Shown here in pieces: positions 57,861 through 64,000 of a stretch of 64,000 nt of DNA (its first letter is position 1; each line of letters starts with the position of its first letter). The notes under the pieces are model-generated. The model worked only from the letters and a program-made list of their open reading frames with translations. It was not told the origin of the DNA and did not search any database. The DNA comes from the human T2T-CHM13v2.0 reference genome, Homo sapiens: assembly GCF_009914755.1 (NCBI RefSeq), contig NC_060925.1. One strand, 5' to 3'. The position numbers were made by a program, and so were the translations under genes.

Positions 57861-59465
57861 AATTTTTTTTCACTTTTGCTCAGCCTTTTTATCAAGGAAA
57901 ATCCCAAAAGAACATTTACTGTAAAAGAACATTGACTATAAACATCTTTCTGTGAATCCTTATTTCTGTCCCAGCCACCATGACCCAATAATCTCTAAAA
58001 CCTGTTAGTGTTCTCCAGATTGAAGCCTTCCGTCTAACTGCTCCTAAATCTGTGATGTAGTGGAAAAGGTTTGAGGCCTTGATTCTCATCCCAGGTTTTT
58101 CACCTACAGATCATATGGCCTTAGCCTCTTGACACCATTGTCTCCTTATGGCCAAAGATGGAACTGTACTTGGGTGGTATCTGAGCACCCTGTTGGCTTT
58201 GACATTCTAGGGCTCTTCCCTTGGCACCACTCTCTTATTTAAAAGGAATAGGATGTGGACTTACAAGGGTTATTTCTCTGCAAACTATCCTCTCTTTCTT
58301 ATGACAAGCTATTTCTGAATGTGCACATTTGAGGCTAAGCAAATCCCTTCCTGGGAGGTGTGAAAGACCTTTATTTCTCTCCAGAGGAGTATTATGGAGG
58401 TGGTAGAGACCTAGCTAACTCATCTGCAGTGGCTTTGAGCAAGGCTTTTAGAGCCATAAGGTGGCTGGGGTCCTGTGTCCTACACCACAGGCCAGCTAGT
58501 TCATTTCAGGAGACTTTCTTTTCAATCTATTATTACTATCTTCTTCTAGACTGTAGTTCACTACCAGAGATTATCCACTTAGCTGCACTCAGTTTGCACC
58601 TGGCCTGTATCACCACTTAGCTCTCACTCTAGCCTCAGTTAGGTATCAGCAAGACCTCACCAAAGATTATTGTTTCGTTGTATGTGTGTGTGTGTTTTTG
58701 TTTGTTTCAAGTAGCAACTAATGTTGGAACTATGGAAAGTTCTTCTCTACTTTTAACAAAGCTTAGTCACAAACAGTTCCCCAGTTGATGAGAAAAACTA
58801 AAACAACAGAACAATTGAAAGTCCAAATCTGAAAGCTCCATCTCTGAGAAGCAAATTTTATAGCCACTCCAGATTTGTATTCCAAATGGATAGTTTGATT
58901 GTAGAAATCACATCCCTTCAGTCTGCAAATGTGATAACTGCCCAAGAGACAGTGATGCCTAGATCCATAAATAATCCCCTTTCCCCCAACCTATATATAA
59001 CTGGAGTCAACAGCAGCTAGAGGAAAATGGCAAGGACTTGGAATCAAGATTAAGTTAGAATAACACTGCTGTAGACTGTTTATCAGCTCTTCAGCATATG
59101 TCCATTTTCCTTGAAGGATAAGCCTTTAGAAACCTCTGACAATAAAGTTTATTTTACACACATTCTCTTGCCTATGATTTTTTTGTACAAATCACAATTA
59201 CAAAACTTTCTTGCTCCAGCTAAAAGCAGGAAACTCAGTCACAAATGTGTTCACTACATGTATACCACAGAATGATAGCAGCCAGTCTGAATGCATCACT
59301 TGATTCCAAAATTAAATGTTAGCACTCAGTAGTGAAACTACATGTATCTCCAACTCTGGAAGCCCCAGGCAAGATACTCCTGTTTCCTGCAGGGAAACAG
59401 ATCTATAAGCAGGGCAGCAGTCTCACACATGTACATTCCTGGGAAACCCAAGGAAACAATGGTAG

Positions 59466-61125
<1,660 letters not shown>

Positions 61126-61132
61126 TAAAAAG

Positions 61133-64000
61133 GGCCTTCCGAGCTGCTCAGGCGACCCAGTGCTCGGTTGGCCCGGGCCGCGCTTAACTGTCCCAGGTCA
61201 GTTAAGCCCATGGGAGCCCAGGTCATGGGGCAGCCAGGGCCTCTGCAGTGTGAGGCGCCGGTCTGCGGGCGGGCAGGCGGGAGGCTTAGGGTGGGTCGCG
61301 GTCGCGGCCCCCGCCGCAGGCCCTGGCGGCGGCATCGTGAACATAGACGTGGAGTTCCACATCCGGCACAACTACCCCTGGAACAATTTGCCGGCCAATG
61401 TGAGGCAGTCATTAAGTGGAGATAGCTCATCATGGAGGTCTTCATCTTTGTCTTCACATCAAGTAGGCTGAGGAGGAGGAAATACAGGAAGTATTGGTCC
61501 TGCTGTTCAGAGTGGCAGAGGAGAAAGAAAATCCCAGCCGTGTTGGAAATTCACAGAGAGAATATGAAAATCAGGTTGTCCTGTACAGTATCTGCAATCA
61601 GTTACGATACAGAAATAACTTAAACATGTCAAGAAAGATGAACGCGGATACTATGAGGAACTGCTAAACTACAGCCGAGATCATCTCATGCTGTACCCTT
61701 ACCGTCTATTGGATATTATGGTGAAGGGCTTCAGCATAACACCATTTTCATATTACACTGGGATTATGGAGAATATTATGAACAGTGGGCACAATTTTAC
61801 TGCTGCTGACTGTCTAAGGCTTCTTGGCATAGGAAGAAACCAGTATATTGATCTTATGATTCAGTGTAGATCATCAAAAAAATTCTTCAGAAGGAAAACA
61901 GCCGGTGATCTTCTACCAATAAAGCCAGTGGAAATTGCCATAGAGGCATGGTGGGTGGTGCAGGCTGGATATATCACAGAAGATGACATCAAGATATGCA
62001 CTTGGCCTGAGAAATGTGCTACTGATAAGACCGTTGATTCAGGCCCTCAACTCTCTGGATCACTAGATTACAATGTAGTACATAGTTTGTATAAAAAAGG
62101 ATTTATTTATCTGGATGTACCAATGTCTGATGACAGTTGTATAGCAGTTGCACCCCTTGAAGGTTTTGTAATGAATCGAGTGCTTATTTTGATTATTTTG
62201 AAACTCTACTCTATAAGATATTTGTTTCAGTAGATGAGCACACAAATGTGGCAGAGCTTGCAAATGTCCTTGAGATTGACTTATCCCTGGTTAAGAATGC
62301 TGTTTCAATGTATTGCTGATTGGGCTTTGCCCATAAGAAGGGACAAGTAATAAATTTGGATCAACTTCATTCATCATGGAAGAATGTTCCATCCATAAAC
62401 AGATTAAAGAGTACCTTAGATCCATAGAAGATGCTCTTGTCATGGGGTGGAGGGGAAAGTAGGAGGCCTGTACAAGAAGCTTCATCGGCAACTGACACTG
62501 ATACAAATAGTCAAGAAGATCCAGCTGACACAGCCAGTGTAAGAAGCCTGAGTCTGTCTGCAGGACACACGAAGCACATCGCATTCCTGTTTGACTCCAC
62601 TCTTACTGCCTTCTTAATGATGGGAAATCTTTCACCAGTTCAGAGCACTGGTGAAAGAGAAGCACAGAGATATTTTGAGCATGCGCTTACTCTGAGAAAC
62701 ACAACACTGTTTCTGCGTCATAACAAAGATCTAGTTGTGCAAACTGCACAGCCAGACCAACCCAATTATGGTTTTCCTCTGGATCTCTTACGCTGTGAAA
62801 GCCTTCTTGGTCTGGACCCTGCAACTGGCAGCAGAGTTCTAAACAAAAATTACACACTGCTTGTTTCCATGGCTCCCCTCACCAATGAAATCCGGCCTGT
62901 CAGCAGCTGCACCCCTCAGCATATTGGACCAGCTATCCCAGAAGTCAGCTCTGTCTGGTTTAAACAGTACATTTACGTTTATCATATCACTGGACAAGGA
63001 CCACCATCCCTTTTATTATCCAAAGGTACAAGACCTCGAAAACTGCCAGATATATTTCAGAGTTACGATCGATTGCTAATAACATCTTGGGGTCATGATC
63101 CTGGAGTAGTTCCTACCTCAAATGTGCTCACGATGTTGAATGATGCTTTAACACATTCTGCAGTTTTAATTCAGGAGCATGGTCTGCATGGGATAGGAGA
63201 AACTGTCCATGTCCCATTTCCATTTGATGAAACAGAACTACAAGAAGACTCGTGTCAATATGGGTGTTCATAAAGCATTGCAGATACTAAGGAACAGAGT
63301 GGACTTACAACATCTCTGCGGATATGTCACCATGTTGAATGCTTCCAGCCAACTTGCAAATAGAAAACTCAGTGATGCTTCTGATGAGAGAGGAAAACCT
63401 GATTTGGCTTCTGGCTCAGATGTTAAATGGGAGTACAGAGTCATTTGAAATGGTCATTGAAGAAGCAACTATAGATTCAGCAACAAAGCAAACCTCTGGT
63501 GCCACAACAGAAGCAGATTGGGTTCCTCTCGAGCTGTGCTTTGGAATTCCACTGTTCAGTTCCGAATTAAACCGGAAAGTATATAGAAAAATTGCTACAC
63601 ATGGCCTTTGCAGAAAAGAGAGCCTTCAAAAACCTCTTACATTCCAGTAGAAAACTCTCTCTGCAAGTCCTTAACTTTGTTCACTCATTCCAGGAAGGTG
63701 CTTCAACATTGGATATTCACACAGAGCCCAGTTTTTCAAGTTTGCTTTCACAGTCATCGTTTGCTGACATGGGTGTTCCACTTCCTGCAAAAAATTTAAC
63801 ATTTAAAGATAGTGTCTTATCAGAACGGAGTGGATGGTCACCTTCCTCACTTATTGCTAATCTCCATTTGCAATAATTTGGTTACACCATTTGCTGCTCA
63901 CACTTTCTGCCTTTTTTCTTTCTTAACGTTAGCTTTATAGTGTCAGCCACTAAAAAGCATCCTGCTGCTGCGGAGCAATTCTTGCTTTACTAATATTAAA
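61133..64000 (+). pseudogene. FAM91A1: Processed pseudogene of FAM91A1 (FAM91A2P/3P-type copy); 3'UTR runs off the window
   Basis: Intronless; (V)NIDVEFHIRHNYPWN at 61337 through SLIANLHLQ* at 63876; ATG replaced by GTG, stops at 62317 and 62425, several frameshifts; GC-rich 5'UTR. Confidence 0.96.

Noticed and set aside
58385-58460. Possible further exon (EEYYGGGRDLANSS...) downstream of the NBPF-like gene
   Set aside because: Weak donor and no recognisable NBPF or PDE4DIP homology
61688-63876. 181-aa and 280-aa ORFs matching FAM91A1
   Set aside because: Fragments between stops and frameshifts of a processed pseudogene; start codon is GTG

Overview
Primate, almost certainly human, genomic DNA. 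The combination of a variant U1 snRNA, tRNA-Asn copies, an NBPF-like gene and a FAM91A retrocopy fits the chromosome 1 segmental duplications (1q21 or 1p11-12); I cannot tell which paralogous copy this is. Layout: repeat-poor AT-rich DNA with candidate exons (1-11.4 kb); a 5'-inverted young L1; a deeply nested ERV-LTR/Alu stack holding a tailless BC200 retrocopy (13-21 kb); a ~420-bp-arm inverted repeat next to a diverged U1 gene with DSE, PSE and 3' box (21.5-23.1 kb); two tRNA-Asn(GTT) copies and a CpG-island promoter (25.6-33.5 kb); ERV and L1 remnants; a 7-exon NBPF/PDE4DIP-intermediate gene whose first six exons can be spliced into a 262-aa single-Olduvai ORF (41.8-55.4 kb); and a FAM91A1 processed pseudogene that appears to preserve a non-canonical splice isoform (61.1-64 kb). 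Most ORFs in the supplied track are Alu, L1 or LTR artefacts. All homologies and repeat-family names are from memory of consensus sequences, not from database searches.
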